DNA of 64,000 bases from an uncultured delta proteobacterium (GTDB taxonomy: Bacteria; Desulfobacterota; BSN033; UBA1163): positions 704,001 through 768,000 of the forward strand of contig CAVPSJ010000004.1 in assembly GCA_963708295.1 (NCBI GenBank), read 5' to 3'. Both the position numbers and the translations under genes were made by a program. The notes under the pieces are model-generated. The model saw only the letters and a list, made by a program, of their open reading frames with translations, did no database searches and was not told the DNA's origin. Positions within the stretch are counted from its first letter, which is position 1, and the number at the start of each line of letters is the position of its first letter. Below are positions 41,062 to 51,242 of the stretch, one piece after another.

Positions 41062-42015
41062 ATGTTTTTTGGAAGCAAGGACATCGGAGAGGGGTATTCT
41101 CTAGCCAACCCTTCTCTCTCTAAGAAGAGGGAGGAGCCCCTTCGAGTTGGCGGACAGGCTGTCATCGAAGGTGTGATGATGAGATCTCCCCACTCAATGG
41201 CCGTCGCCGTCCGGAGGCCCAATGGCGAAATTGTCGTGAAACGAGAGAGGTTGAATTTCTTTTCTGAAAAAAAACTCTTCTCTAAACTCCCCCTGGTCAG
41301 GGGGGTGATGAATTTACTCTCCGCCCTGGTTTTGGGGATGAGGGCTCTCAACTTTTCAGCCAACCAGTCCTTGGAGGAAGAGAAAGAGATGAGCTCCTGG
41401 ACGATGGGACTTACCTTCACATTCGCCCTCTGTTTCGGCATCTTGCTTTTCTTCCTGCTCCCCCTCTTTTTGACGAAGTGGTTGCGGTTCGCCATCCCCA
41501 TGGTCTCCACGAGCGGGATCCTCTTCAATCTGGTGGATGGAATCCTTCGATTGATGATCTTCTTGGCTTACCTCTGGGCGATCTCCTGTTTCAAAGAGAT
41601 CCGGAGAATCTTTGAGTACCATGGGGCCGAACACAAGTCGATCTTCGCCTTCGAGTCTGGTGAGAAGCTGATGGCCGATCGTGTGAAAGGCTACAGTCAT
41701 CTTCATCCCAGATGTGGGACGAGCTTCCTTTTGATCGTCATGGTGGTAAGCATATTGGTCTTTGCTCTCATTCCTCACCAGCTTTCGTTCGGATATAAAG
41801 TGGCCTCTCGGGTGGTCTTCATCCCTCTTATCGCGGGGCTCGCTTATGAGATCATCCGATTCGCCGATCAAAAGCGGGGGAGGAAGAGCATGCAATATTT
41901 CATCAAGCCTGGACTCTGGCTCCAGCGGATGACGGCGCGCGAGCCCTCGGAGGATCAAATCGAGGTGGCACTTCGTGCCCTTCAGGAAGTACTGGAGTTA
42001 GAGGGACGTCGATAA
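41062..42015 (+). CDS. DUF1385 (YqhQ-like) membrane protein
   Basis: VGGQAVIEGVMMR, FEYHGAEHK, HPRCGTSF; usual rpmE-prfA context. Confidence 0.9.
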   Translation: MFFGSKDIGEGYSLANPSLSKKREEPLRVGGQAVIEGVMMRSPHSMAVAVRRPNGEIVVKRERLNFFSEKKLFSKLPLVRGVMNLLSALVLGMRALNFSANQSLEEEKEMSSWTMGLTFTFALCFGILLFFLLPLFLTKWLRFAIPMVSTSGILFNLVDGILRLMIFLAYLWAISCFKEIRRIFEYHGAEHKSIFAFESGEKLMADRVKGYSHLHPRCGTSFLLIVMVVSILVFALIPHQLSFGYKVASRVVFIPLIAGLAYEIIRFADQKRGRKSMQYFIKPGLWLQRMTAREPSEDQIEVALRALQEVLELEGRR

Positions 42016-42134
42016 GAGATAAGGGATCATGTCAAATTTCAAAGGTCAACGTTCAAGTGAGAGGCTAAAGCTCAAATAATAAAATTTACCAAGAAAGAAA
42101 TTTTGACAGTTGTCATTGGTTTAAGGGGAAAAAA

Positions 42135-43238
42135 ATGTTTCAGAAATTAGAAGAGGTTGAGCGTCGGTATGAAACGCTCTCCCATCTCCTCAGCCAACCC
42201 GATGTGATCGCAAAACAGGATGAGTTTCAGAAGGCCGCCAAGGAATACGCTGAACTCGGAAAGGTGGTGGACCTCTATCGAAGGCTTAAAAAATTGGAGG
42301 AAGAGACCAAGGGAAGCCAGCAGCTCCTCGATCATGAGGAAGATGAGGAGATGAAGCGGCTGGCCAAAGAGGAACTGAATCACCTGACCCGGGAGGAAAG
42401 AAAGGGTTGAGGAGGAGTTAAAGACGGCTCTTCTTCCTAAAGACCCTCTCGACGAAAAAAACATTTTGCTCGAAATCCGTGCGGGAACCGGAGGAGAGGA
42501 AGCGGGCCTTTTCGCAGGCTGACCTTTTCAGGATGTATTCCAAGTTTGCGGAAAAAAAGGGTTGGCGTCTGGAGATATTGAGCCGTCATTATTCGGGCGG
42601 CGGGGGCTTCAAAGAGATCATTGCTCAGATCGAAGGAAAGAGGGTTTACAGTCAATTGAAATTTGAAAGCGGTGTCCACCGGGTTCAGACGAGTTCCCGT
42701 GACAGAAGCGCAGGGTCGTATTCACACTTCCACGGTAACCGTGGCCATCCTTCCAGAGGCAGAAGAGGTGGACGTTCAGATTGATCCCAACGACCTGCGG
42801 ATTGATATCTTCCGGTCGTCAGGGCCGGGCGGCCAGAGCGTCAATACCACCGATTCCGCCGTCCGGGTCACCCATCTCCCCACTGGAATAGTGGTCTCCT
42901 GTCAGGATGAAAAATCCCAGCACAAGAATAAGGCCAAAGCGCTTAAGATTCTTCGAGCCAGGTTGATGGATAAGGCCACGCAGGAGAAACAGATGGAGAT
43001 TTCAGAGAAAAGAAGAAATCAAGTAGGGACGGGAGAACGGAGTGAACGGATCCGAACCTATAATTTTCCTCAGGGCAGAGTGACGGATCATCGAATCGGC
43101 TTAACCCTTTACAGACTGGAATCCATTCTCGAAGGAGAGATCGACGAGGTGATGGGTGCATTAAGCACACACTACCAGGCAGAAGCGTTAAAAGGAGAGG
43201 TAGAAAACTCTAAAACCCAATTTTCAAATGCCAAATGA
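42135..43238 (+). CDS. prfA: Peptide chain release factor 1 (three apparent single-base insertions)
   Basis: [24 protein letters not shown] motif, [15 protein letters not shown] across frames. Confidence 0.95.
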
Positions 43239-43363
43239 TAGGGGAATGAGCGAACCTCTATGTCCAGAGATTGCGGCTCAACGTCATCTGAACACCCATC
43301 GAAGGGAACTCCTTTACCTGCTCCCTCTCCCCATCGGAGCGAGGGAACGGGTCGGGGGAGAGT

Positions 43364-44241
43364 TTGAAAATGACAGGATCTGAACTCCTCCAATGGTCGG
43401 CGAACATCTTGAAGGATCATCAGGTCGAAAATCCCCGACTGAATGCAGAACTCCTTTTCGCCCACTCTCTGAACCTCAACAGAGAGGGGCTCTATGTGCG
43501 TCTCCATCGAGCCGTTAAGGAAAAGGAGAAAAGGGCTTTGGAGAGGTTGATTCAGAAGAAGGGTCTCGGGGGAACCTCTTCAGTACATTTTAGGCCATCA
43601 GGAATTCTGGTCGATCAATTTTAAAGTGGATTCCCGCGTGCTCATTCCAAGACCGGAGACAGAGCTTTTCGGTTGAACAAAGTCTCTCGATCCTCTCTGA
43701 AAAGACTTTTGAACAAAATCCATCTGTTCTCGAAATAGGGACCGGAAGCGGGGCGATCGCCATCGCCCTTGCGAAAGAGATGAAGCAACTCTTCCTGGTA
43801 GCCACCGACATCTCACGAGATGCTCTCATCTTAGCGAAGGAGAATGCTCAAGCTGCAGGGGTCCAGCATCAGATCGGGTTTGTCCATGGCGATCTCTTCG
43901 GTCCGCTTCGCCCTTTGAGAGAGACAAGGCCTTTCGATCTTATCCTGTCTAATCCTCCGTACATTGTGCGCCATAAGATCTGCACGTTGGCGAGAGAAGT
44001 GAAGGATTATGAGCCGACGATCGCCCTAAACGGAGGAAAGGATGGATTGGCATTCTACCGACGCATCATTCCAGAGGCCTCCGGCTATCTTCGGGCAGGA
44101 GGATGGCTCCTCCTGGAAGTAGCCCTAGGCCAAGGCTCGGAGGTTTCTGATCTGATGGAGGAGGAAAGCAGCTTCTTCAAGCCCAAGTGCATTCCGGACC
44201 TATCTGGGATTGGAAGGGTCGTGAAAGCACAACGGAAGTAA
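43364..44241 (+). CDS. prmC: Release factor glutamine methyltransferase PrmC (frameshifted)
   Basis: [33 protein letters not shown]. Confidence 0.92.
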
Positions 44242-44269
44242 TAAATTGGAAGCGCCCGCCTGCGGGAAG

Positions 44270-44510
44270 GCGGGCAAAATCCGGGCGAAGCTTCCCGAAG
44301 GGAACCCTTCGAGACGAAATGTTATGTCGTGAGCTTAAATGTCCAAAGTACAATCCCGCGAAGCGCGGGATCGACGACGTATGACTCAGAAAATAGTCGG
44401 TTCAATGGTTGAGAGGTGAAGCTCCCCGCCCACAGGGCGGGGCCGTTCGACAAAGCTCACGGGCCTGAGTATGTCGAATAGGCTTCCCGGGCACGTTCCG
44501 GCCGAAATGA
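44270..44510. repeat. Cluster of nested short palindromic elements
   Basis: GCCCGCC..GGCGGGC, ATCCCGCGAAGCGCGGGAT, CCCCGCCCACAGGGCGGGG, TTCGACAAAGCTCA..TGAGTATGTCGAA. Confidence 0.65.
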
Positions 44511-44541
44511 CCTTTTGAGGTTCATCTTCTGGATTTGCTCG

Positions 44542-44637
44542 CCCTGTTAAGTAAGGGATGAGTAATTTCTGGTTTGACTTTCAGGAGTCTTTCGGAAGAG
44601 TGAGGTCATGAATTTCATGCGGAGTTACTTAACAGGG
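44542..44637. repeat. 96-bp element bounded by a perfect 13-bp inverted repeat
   Basis: CCCTGTTAAGTAA ... TTACTTAACAGGG. Confidence 0.65.
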
Positions 44638-44701
44638 TAAAGATTTTGAGTTTCGTGTTTAGAGTTTAAATAACCTCGGATTTCGGATTGGAGATTTCAA
44701 A

Positions 44702-45961
44702 ATGGATAAGATCCTTGTACGGGGAGGGGAAAGATTAATTGGCGAAGTCGAAGTGAGCGGTTCGAAGAACGCGACCCTTCCGATCTTTGTCTCATCCCTC
44801 TTGAGCGAAGGAGAGAATTTATTCAGCAACGTTCCCAAACTGAGAGATGTTCAGACCGTCATCAAGGTTCTCAAAAATCTTGGAGTCAAGGTATCGGAGG
44901 AGGGAGAGAGTTGTCGAATCGACGCCACAGAGATTTCCAACGAGGAGGCCCCGTATGAATTGGTGAAGACCATGAGGGCCGCTATTCTCGTTCTGGGCCC
45001 ATTGGTGGCCCGTATGAAAAAGGCCACCGTTTCCCTTCCGGGAGGATGTGCCATTGGTGCCCGTCCGATTAATCTTCATCTGATGGGGCTTGAGGCCATG
45101 GGAGCCGAGATCGAACTCCGCCATGGATATATCGAGGCCAAAGCGGATGTTCTGAAAGGAGCGGACATCTCCTTTGACACCGTCACCGTCACGGGCACTG
45201 AGAATCTCATGATGGCGGCCTCCCTCGCTAAAGGAAAGACCACTCTGCAGAATTCAGCCGTGGAGCCTGAAGTCGTAGACTTGGCCAACGTCCTGACCAA
45301 GATGGGCGCAAAGATCAGTGGCGCAGGGACGAGCGTGATCGAGGTGGAGGGAGTGAAGTCGCTTCATGCCGCTGAGCATCGCATCATCCCGGATCGGATT
45401 GAAGCCGGGACATTGATGGTCGCAGCCGGGCTGACGCGTGGAAATATAAAGATTCTCCATTGTCCTCTCTCCGAAATGGAAATGGTCGTCCATAAATTGA
45501 GAGAATCGGGTATGGAGATCGAGGCGGACGGGGATGGGGTGAGAGCCGTGGGCACGAAAAGAATTCGAAGCGTGGACGTCAAGACACAACCCTATCCGGG
45601 ATTTCCTACGGACATGCAAGCCCAGTTCATGGTCTTGATGTCCTTGGCAAGAGGGTTGAGTGTTATTTCTGAAACCATTTTCGAAAATCGATTCATCCAT
45701 GTGAGCGAACTCAGAAGGATGGGAGCGGATATTCGCATTCAGGGGGATTCAGCGATCATCCAGGGAGCAGAAGGTTTGAGCGGTGCGCCGGTCATGGCGA
45801 CCGATTTAAGGGCGAGTGCCTCCCTCGTCCTGGCCGGATTGGCTGCCGAGGGCTTGACGGAGATCTCGAGGGTCTATCACCTCGACCGGGGGTATGAGGG
45901 CTTAGACAAGAAATTGGCCAACCTCGGGGCGAATATCAAGAGGGTGAAAGAGGAAGACTGA
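44702..45961 (+). CDS. murA: UDP-N-acetylglucosamine 1-carboxyvinyltransferase
   Basis: [17 protein letters not shown] (Cys115 equivalent), [14 protein letters not shown]. Confidence 0.97.
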   Translation: MDKILVRGGERLIGEVEVSGSKNATLPIFVSSLLSEGENLFSNVPKLRDVQTVIKVLKNLGVKVSEEGESCRIDATEISNEEAPYELVKTMRAAILVLGPLVARMKKATVSLPGGCAIGARPINLHLMGLEAMGAEIELRHGYIEAKADVLKGADISFDTVTVTGTENLMMAASLAKGKTTLQNSAVEPEVVDLANVLTKMGAKISGAGTSVIEVEGVKSLHAAEHRIIPDRIEAGTLMVAAGLTRGNIKILHCPLSEMEMVVHKLRESGMEIEADGDGVRAVGTKRIRSVDVKTQPYPGFPTDMQAQFMVLMSLARGLSVISETIFENRFIHVSELRRMGADIRIQGDSAIIQGAEGLSGAPVMATDLRASASLVLAGLAAEGLTEISRVYHLDRGYEGLDKKLANLGANIKRVKEED

Positions 45962-46023
45962 GGTTTCGGGTTGGCGATTGCGGGTTAAGGAACGAAAAAC
46001 AGGCCGTGCAAAGAGGCTCTTTC

Positions 46024-47322
46024 ATGAAGATTCTTCGAGCGGGGGAAAAAGAATTCGAGCGATACCTCTCCGAGGTGGAGGGAAGAGGGGCGCAGGATGT
46101 CTTTCGCTTTGAGAGGAAAGTTCGTTTCATCTTGAAGGATGTGAAGAAAAGAGGAGATGAAGCTCTCGTTCATTACACCCAGGTCTTCGACGGCTTAAGA
46201 TTTCCAACTCATCGGCTTCATGTGAAAAAGGACGAGGTGAAAGGGGCTTACAGGAAGGTTCATCCGGATCTTTTGGGAACCCTCAAAAAGGCAGCTCAGC
46301 GCATTGAAAAGTTTCACCGCCTTCAGAGCAAGAGATTAATCCTGTCATTGAAGGGAGAGGAGAAAGGGATCCGCCTGGAGCAGGTGTTGCGGCCGTTAGA
46401 CAGGGTGGGTATCTACGTCCCGGGCGGAAAAGCCTCGTATCCCTCGACCGTTCTGATGGCTGCCATCCCCGCAAAGGCGGCGGGGGTTAAGGAAGTTGTC
46501 ATGGTCACTCCCCCTCAGAGAGAAGGGATCAATCCTGCCGTCCTGGTCGCAGCGGATTTAGCAGGGGTGGATCGAATCTTTCGGGTAGGAGGCGTCCAGG
46601 CCATCGCCGCTCTCGCCTACGGGACGAAATCGGTTCCCAAGGTAGACAAGATTGTGGGTCCAGGAAACCAATACGTGGCGACAGCCAAAAGATTGGTCTA
46701 TGGAGAAGTCGACATCGATATGGTGGCTGGACCGAGCGAGATTGTGATCGTCTCCGACGATAGGACGCCTCCATCCTTTGCAGCGGCAGACCTCCTCTCC
46801 CAGGCCGAACATGATGAAATGGCATTGGCCATTTTGATAACGAATTCTGAGGCATTTGGGAGGACCGTCGATCAGGAGCTGAGGAGACAACTTTCCTCTC
46901 TGAAGCGAAGAAAGGTTGCCTCTAAAAGCCTTCATCGAAGAGGGGCCGTTCTCATCGTCAAGAGTCTCGCCCAGGCAATGGTCTTGGTGAACCGGATTGC
47001 CCCGGAGCATTTGGAGCTTCTTGTTTCGAGACCTTTCTCTCTGATAAAGGATGTAAGACACGCAGGTGCCGTTTTTCTTGGGCTCTATACTCCTGAGGCG
47101 ATTGGAGATTATATGGCGGGGCCGAATCATATTCTTCCAACTGCGGGCACAGCGCGATTCTCTTCACCTTTGGGTGTGGAGGATTTTATCAAAAGGACCA
47201 ACGTGGTGAGTTTCACGCAGAGCGCATTGGGGCGGTTTGAGAAGGACGTGGAGAGATTTTCAGAGTGGGAAGGCTTGGAAGGACACGCTCATGCGGTTCA
47301 AATGAGAATGAAGAAGTCTTGA
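46024..47322 (+). CDS. hisD: Histidinol dehydrogenase
   Basis: GIYVPGG, DKIVGPGN, AGPSE, SQAEH, APEHLE, GDYMAGPNHILPT. Confidence 0.97.
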   Translation: MKILRAGEKEFERYLSEVEGRGAQDVFRFERKVRFILKDVKKRGDEALVHYTQVFDGLRFPTHRLHVKKDEVKGAYRKVHPDLLGTLKKAAQRIEKFHRLQSKRLILSLKGEEKGIRLEQVLRPLDRVGIYVPGGKASYPSTVLMAAIPAKAAGVKEVVMVTPPQREGINPAVLVAADLAGVDRIFRVGGVQAIAALAYGTKSVPKVDKIVGPGNQYVATAKRLVYGEVDIDMVAGPSEIVIVSDDRTPPSFAAADLLSQAEHDEMALAILITNSEAFGRTVDQELRRQLSSLKRRKVASKSLHRRGAVLIVKSLAQAMVLVNRIAPEHLELLVSRPFSLIKDVRHAGAVFLGLYTPEAIGDYMAGPNHILPTAGTARFSSPLGVEDFIKRTNVVSFTQSALGRFEKDVERFSEWEGLEGHAHAVQMRMKKS

Positions 47323-47375
47323 GGGATGACGATCAGGGCAGGGGGATTGAGTAAACGTTTCCGAGGGGGGGAGAA

Positions 47376-47972
47376 ATGATGAAGAAACATCGCAAGGCAG
47401 AAGTTCAGCGGAAGACAAAGGAGACAGCGGTGGGTTTAAAACTAAATCTGGATGGAAGCGGAAAACACTCGATCGTCACCGGAATTCCCTTCTTTGATCA
47501 TATGCTTAGTCTCCTTGCCTATCACAGCCGTCTGGATCTCTCCATCAAGGCAAAGGGCGATATCGCTGTAGATGCACACCATACGGTGGAAGATGTGGGA
47601 ATCTGTCTCGGGGATGGAATCCGAAAGGCCCTAGGAGACGCGAAGGGAATCCAGAGATACGGAATGGCCATGATTCCGATGGACGAGACTCTGGTCTCCG
47701 TTGCCTTGGATTTCTCGATGAGGCCCTGGCTGGTTTTTCAGATGAAGCTGAGAAAATCGAAAATCGGGACCTTTGACACCGAGTTAGTGGAGGAGTTCTT
47801 CAAGGCTCTTTGCAACCACGCGAGGATGACTCTTCACATCAATCTCCTTTACGGCAAAAACAGCCATCACATGGTAGAGGCTGTATTCAAAGGGTTTGGA
47901 AGAGCATTGAAAGAGGCGGTCTCTGTGGACGAACGGGCCTCTCAAGTTCCTTCGACGAAAGGAATTTTATAG
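47376..47972 (+). CDS. hisB: Imidazoleglycerol-phosphate dehydratase
   Basis: RKTKET, FFDHML, DAHHTVED, NSHHMVEA. Confidence 0.97.
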   Translation: MMKKHRKAEVQRKTKETAVGLKLNLDGSGKHSIVTGIPFFDHMLSLLAYHSRLDLSIKAKGDIAVDAHHTVEDVGICLGDGIRKALGDAKGIQRYGMAMIPMDETLVSVALDFSMRPWLVFQMKLRKSKIGTFDTELVEEFFKALCNHARMTLHINLLYGKNSHHMVEAVFKGFGRALKEAVSVDERASQVPSTKGIL

Positions 47973-48062
47973 TGCGGAATTCGCCTGCTGCGGCAGGCAG
48001 GGAGTGCGGATTTCGCAATTCATTCCGCACTCCGCACTCTACATGCCGCAATCGGAAAAGCG

Positions 48063-48680
48063 ATGACTCCAAAGATCGTGATCGTTGATTATGGGATGGG
48101 AAATCTTCGAAATGTTCAGAAGGCTTTTGAGAAGATTGGGTTTGAAGCCAGATTGACCCGTAATAAAAGCGAGATCAGAAGGGCTTCAGCCGTTGTCCTT
48201 CCGGGGGTAGGAGCGTTTAAGGATTGTATGGAGAATCTGGAGAAATACGGGCTGGTTGAAATCTTGCACCGATCCGTAGAGAAAGGAATCCCCTATTTAG
48301 GCATCTGCCTGGGTCTCCAAGTTCTTTTTTCTGAAAGCGAAGAATTCGGATCCCACAAGGGTTTGGATCTGATCAAAGGGAAGGTCGTCAGATTTGAACC
48401 CGACCCGGAGCATAAGGTTCCCCATATGGGCTGGAATACGATTGAGAAGGTGAATGAGGTTCCCATGCTTCAGGGAGTAGAGAATGGTGATTTTTTCTAT
48501 TTTGTTCACTCCTATTATGTCATTCCGGACAAGGCAGACTGGATTTCGTCTTTCACGACCTTCGGCAAACCCTTTGTCTCCAGCATCTGGAAGGAAAACC
48601 TTTTTGCCACACAATTCCACCCGGAGAAGAGTCAACAAAAGGGGTTGAGGATATTGGAGAACTTTGTAAAGTCAATTTGA
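48063..48680 (+). CDS. hisH: Imidazole glycerol phosphate synthase glutaminase subunit
   Basis: DYGMGNL, LPGVGAF, GICLG, QFHPEKS. Confidence 0.97.
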   Translation: MTPKIVIVDYGMGNLRNVQKAFEKIGFEARLTRNKSEIRRASAVVLPGVGAFKDCMENLEKYGLVEILHRSVEKGIPYLGICLGLQVLFSESEEFGSHKGLDLIKGKVVRFEPDPEHKVPHMGWNTIEKVNEVPMLQGVENGDFFYFVHSYYVIPDKADWISSFTTFGKPFVSSIWKENLFATQFHPEKSQQKGLRILENFVKSI

Positions 48681-48750
48681 AGGCTGAAAGCTCAAAGCTG
48701 AAAGTTGAAAGGATTTTGCTTTGAGCCTTAAGCTTTGACTCTTGAGCTTG
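48680..48750. repeat. Heptamer-periodic hairpin (GCTGAAA/GCTCAAA units)
   Basis: GGCTGAAAGCTCAAAGCTGAAAGTTGAAAG ... CTTTGAGCCTTAAGCTTTGACTCTTGAGCT. Confidence 0.65.
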
Positions 48751-48777
48751 ATATGGATGAACAGGAAGGAGCGGTCA

Positions 48778-49611
48778 ATGAATGAAGTCAAGGTGGGAGA
48801 GATTCGTATTGGAAAAGGAAACCCTTTAGCGTTGATTGCAGGCCCCTGTGTGATCGAGAGCGAGGAAAACGCTCTTGAGGTGGCGAAGGAGATGAAGAAG
48901 ATCTGTTCAAACCTCAAGATCTCTTACATCTTTAAGGCCTCTTACGAGAAAGACAATCGGGGCTCGGAGAAGTCGTACTCAGGACCCGGGCTGAAAGAAG
49001 GTCTCAGGATACTTGCCAAGGTCAAGGGGGAGGTCGGCATCCCGGTTCTCTCCGATATCCATCGGGCAGAGGATGTGGATTCAGCCAAAGCAGTCCTTGA
49101 TATTCTCCAGGTCCCTGCCTTTCTCTGTCAGCAGACGAGCCTCCTTCTCAAGGTAGGGGCGACAGGCAAAGTGGTCAACGTTAAGAAGGGGCAATTCATA
49201 GCACCTGAAAATATGGCAGGAGCGGTCAAGAAGATTCAGAGCACAGGGAATGATCAGATCCTTCTCACGGAGAGAGGAACCTGTTTCGGCTATAACAAAT
49301 TGATTTCGGACATCTGTTCTATCCCGGTCATGCAGGAGATTGGCTGCCCGGTGATCTTCGATGCGACCCATGTTATCAGAAATTATGGTATCCCGAGTGA
49401 GGACCCACGAGGAGGAAGTCCTCAATATGTCCCCCATCTTTCCAGAGCCGCTGTGGCCGCGGGCTGCAATGGCCTTTTCCTCGAGACCCATCCCGAACCG
49501 GGTCGAGCGCTCTGCGATGCCTCTAGCATGCTTCCCCTTCGCGAGATGGAGAATCTTCTTCGCCAGACCAAATCCATTCATGATATGATGAGGACATGGG
49601 GGGTTGTCTAA
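48778..49611 (+). CDS. kdsA: KDO8P synthase family protein (divergent KdsA-like)
   Basis: IAGPCVIES, VNVKKGQF, TERG..FGY, FDATH, FLETHP; KANRS motif reads KDNRG. Confidence 0.8.
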   Translation: MNEVKVGEIRIGKGNPLALIAGPCVIESEENALEVAKEMKKICSNLKISYIFKASYEKDNRGSEKSYSGPGLKEGLRILAKVKGEVGIPVLSDIHRAEDVDSAKAVLDILQVPAFLCQQTSLLLKVGATGKVVNVKKGQFIAPENMAGAVKKIQSTGNDQILLTERGTCFGYNKLISDICSIPVMQEIGCPVIFDATHVIRNYGIPSEDPRGGSPQYVPHLSRAAVAAGCNGLFLETHPEPGRALCDASSMLPLREMENLLRQTKSIHDMMRTWGVV

Positions 49612-49642
49612 TTTCAGAATGCGGATTGCGAATGAAGAACAT

Positions 49643-49771
49643 AAATTCGAAGCACGAAATCCGAAACAAATTCGAATGACCGAAATTCAAATCTCAATAA
49701 ATAAGTTTGTATCATTTGGTTATTTGGATTTAGGATTTGTTTCGGATTTCGAGATTCGTATTTCGAATTTT
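49643..49771. repeat. Heptamer-periodic imperfect palindrome (same family as 7196 and 52000)
   Basis: AAATTCGAAGCACGAAATCCGAAACAAAT ... ATTTGTTTCGGATTTCGAGATTCGTATTTCGAATTT. Confidence 0.8.
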
Positions 49772-49791
49772 ACAATGGAGAGGAGGACTTC

Positions 49792-50445
49792 ATGAAAATC
49801 TTCATCGATACGGCGAATCTCAATGAGATCAGGAAGGCAAAAGCAATGGGTCTGGTCGATGGCGTGACGACCAATCCCACCCTTCTCGCGAAAGAAGGAG
49901 AGGAAACGGAGAAGCTGATCCGCAAAATCTGGCAAGAGGTGAGAGGCCCTGTGAACGTGGAGGTAGTTGGCACCACCTGTGAGGAGATGGTGAAAGAGGC
50001 AAAAACCATGGCCGCCTGGGGAGATGAGATCGTCATCAAAATTCCCATCACTCCGGAGGGGTTGAAAACCGTCAAGATTCTTTCCTCGGAGGGCATCCGC
50101 ACCAATGTCACACTTCTCTTTTCCGCGAGCCAAGCCATTTTGGCGGCAAAAGCCGGGGCGACTTATGTCTGTCCTTTCTTGGGAAGACTCGACGATATTA
50201 GTGCCAACGGACTGGAGCTGATCCGACAAATCAGAGGAATCTATGAAAACTATCCGGACATCGGGACCCGGATTATCGTCGCAAGCGTCCGTCATCCCAT
50301 TCACGTCATCGAATCCGGAATGATGGGGGCAGAAATTGTAACCATCCCGCCTGCCATCATCGAACAGATGGTGAAACATCCGCTGACCGATAAAGGGATT
50401 GCACAATTTTTAGAAGACTCCAAGAAGATAGGCGCGAAGAAATGA
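49792..50445 (+). CDS. tal: Small transaldolase / fructose-6-phosphate aldolase family protein
   Basis: MKIFIDTAN, GVTTNP, VIKIP, NVTLLFS, PFLGRLDD, HPLTDKG. Confidence 0.9.
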   Translation: MKIFIDTANLNEIRKAKAMGLVDGVTTNPTLLAKEGEETEKLIRKIWQEVRGPVNVEVVGTTCEEMVKEAKTMAAWGDEIVIKIPITPEGLKTVKILSSEGIRTNVTLLFSASQAILAAKAGATYVCPFLGRLDDISANGLELIRQIRGIYENYPDIGTRIIVASVRHPIHVIESGMMGAEIVTIPPAIIEQMVKHPLTDKGIAQFLEDSKKIGAKK

Positions 50446-50579
50446 ACCTCTGGACTCTCCGGGAGGAAGGTCGGAGCCACTGGAGGCTGAAGAGCCTTCC
50501 TTTCGTGCCCTCGTGCTAATCAAGAGGGTATTCACGAAATCAAGGGGGTGAAGAGGAAGGACAACGTATCCAAAGGAGG

Positions 50580-51242
50580 GTGGATATGAGAAGATTCCTA
50601 CTACTGTTCCTCATGTCGGGGATGCTCTTTTCGGGGAGCGTGGAGGTCGAAGCAGAGACAAAGCCCACGCTGGCTATTCTCCCTTTTTTAATCGAGAGAA
50701 TGGATGATCCATCAAGAGGAGCCGTTTGCCCTGTTTGTCGAGGGGTCTACAAGAGCGGAAATATTCTACACGGCTCACAGCGTACCCTGACGCAGCTTCT
50801 CCAGCAGAAAATGGACATCCTGGAGACGTTCAGGATTCTTCCCTTGGAGAAGGTGGAGGATGTCTTTTCCAAGAGAGAGAGGGGGCAGTTTGAACTAAGA
50901 CCGCTTCGTTCTGCGATCCAGTTAGGAAAAGAGCTGGACGTGGATTTCATTTTCGTTGGATATCTTTTCCGTTTTGAGGAGAGGATTGGGTCCCGCATTG
51001 GCGTAGACAGACCCGCCTCGGTGGGCTTCGATGTCCACCTCCTGCGGGTCAAGGATGGGAAGAGGGTGTGGGATGGAAAGTTTGATGAGACCCAACAGGC
51101 CCTCAGCGAGAACCTTTTGAAAATGGGTTCTTTTGTCAGGAGAAAAGCTTCGTGGCTGACAGCAGAAGAACTTTCAAGCGTGGGAATGGATGAGATGCTA
51201 AAACAACTCCCCGGCGCGAAGGAACTGGAGGAAATGCCTTGA
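50580..51242 (+). CDS. Exported hypothetical protein with CxxC
   Basis: Signal peptide, LAILPF, CPVC, RPASVGF, FDETQQALSENL; overlaps the hisA start. Confidence 0.7.
   Translation: MDMRRFLLLFLMSGMLFSGSVEVEAETKPTLAILPFLIERMDDPSRGAVCPVCRGVYKSGNILHGSQRTLTQLLQQKMDILETFRILPLEKVEDVFSKRERGQFELRPLRSAIQLGKELDVDFIFVGYLFRFEERIGSRIGVDRPASVGFDVHLLRVKDGKRVWDGKFDETQQALSENLLKMGSFVRRKASWLTAEELSSVGMDEMLKQLPGAKELEEMP

Noticed and set aside
42135-43238. Frameshifts in prfA as programmed recoding (prfB-like)
   Set aside because: There are three separate single-base insertions, no CTT-TGA slippery site, and the PVT motif marks RF1. Similar indels hit rho, prmC, pgpA and both M16 genes, which points to long-read or assembly error.
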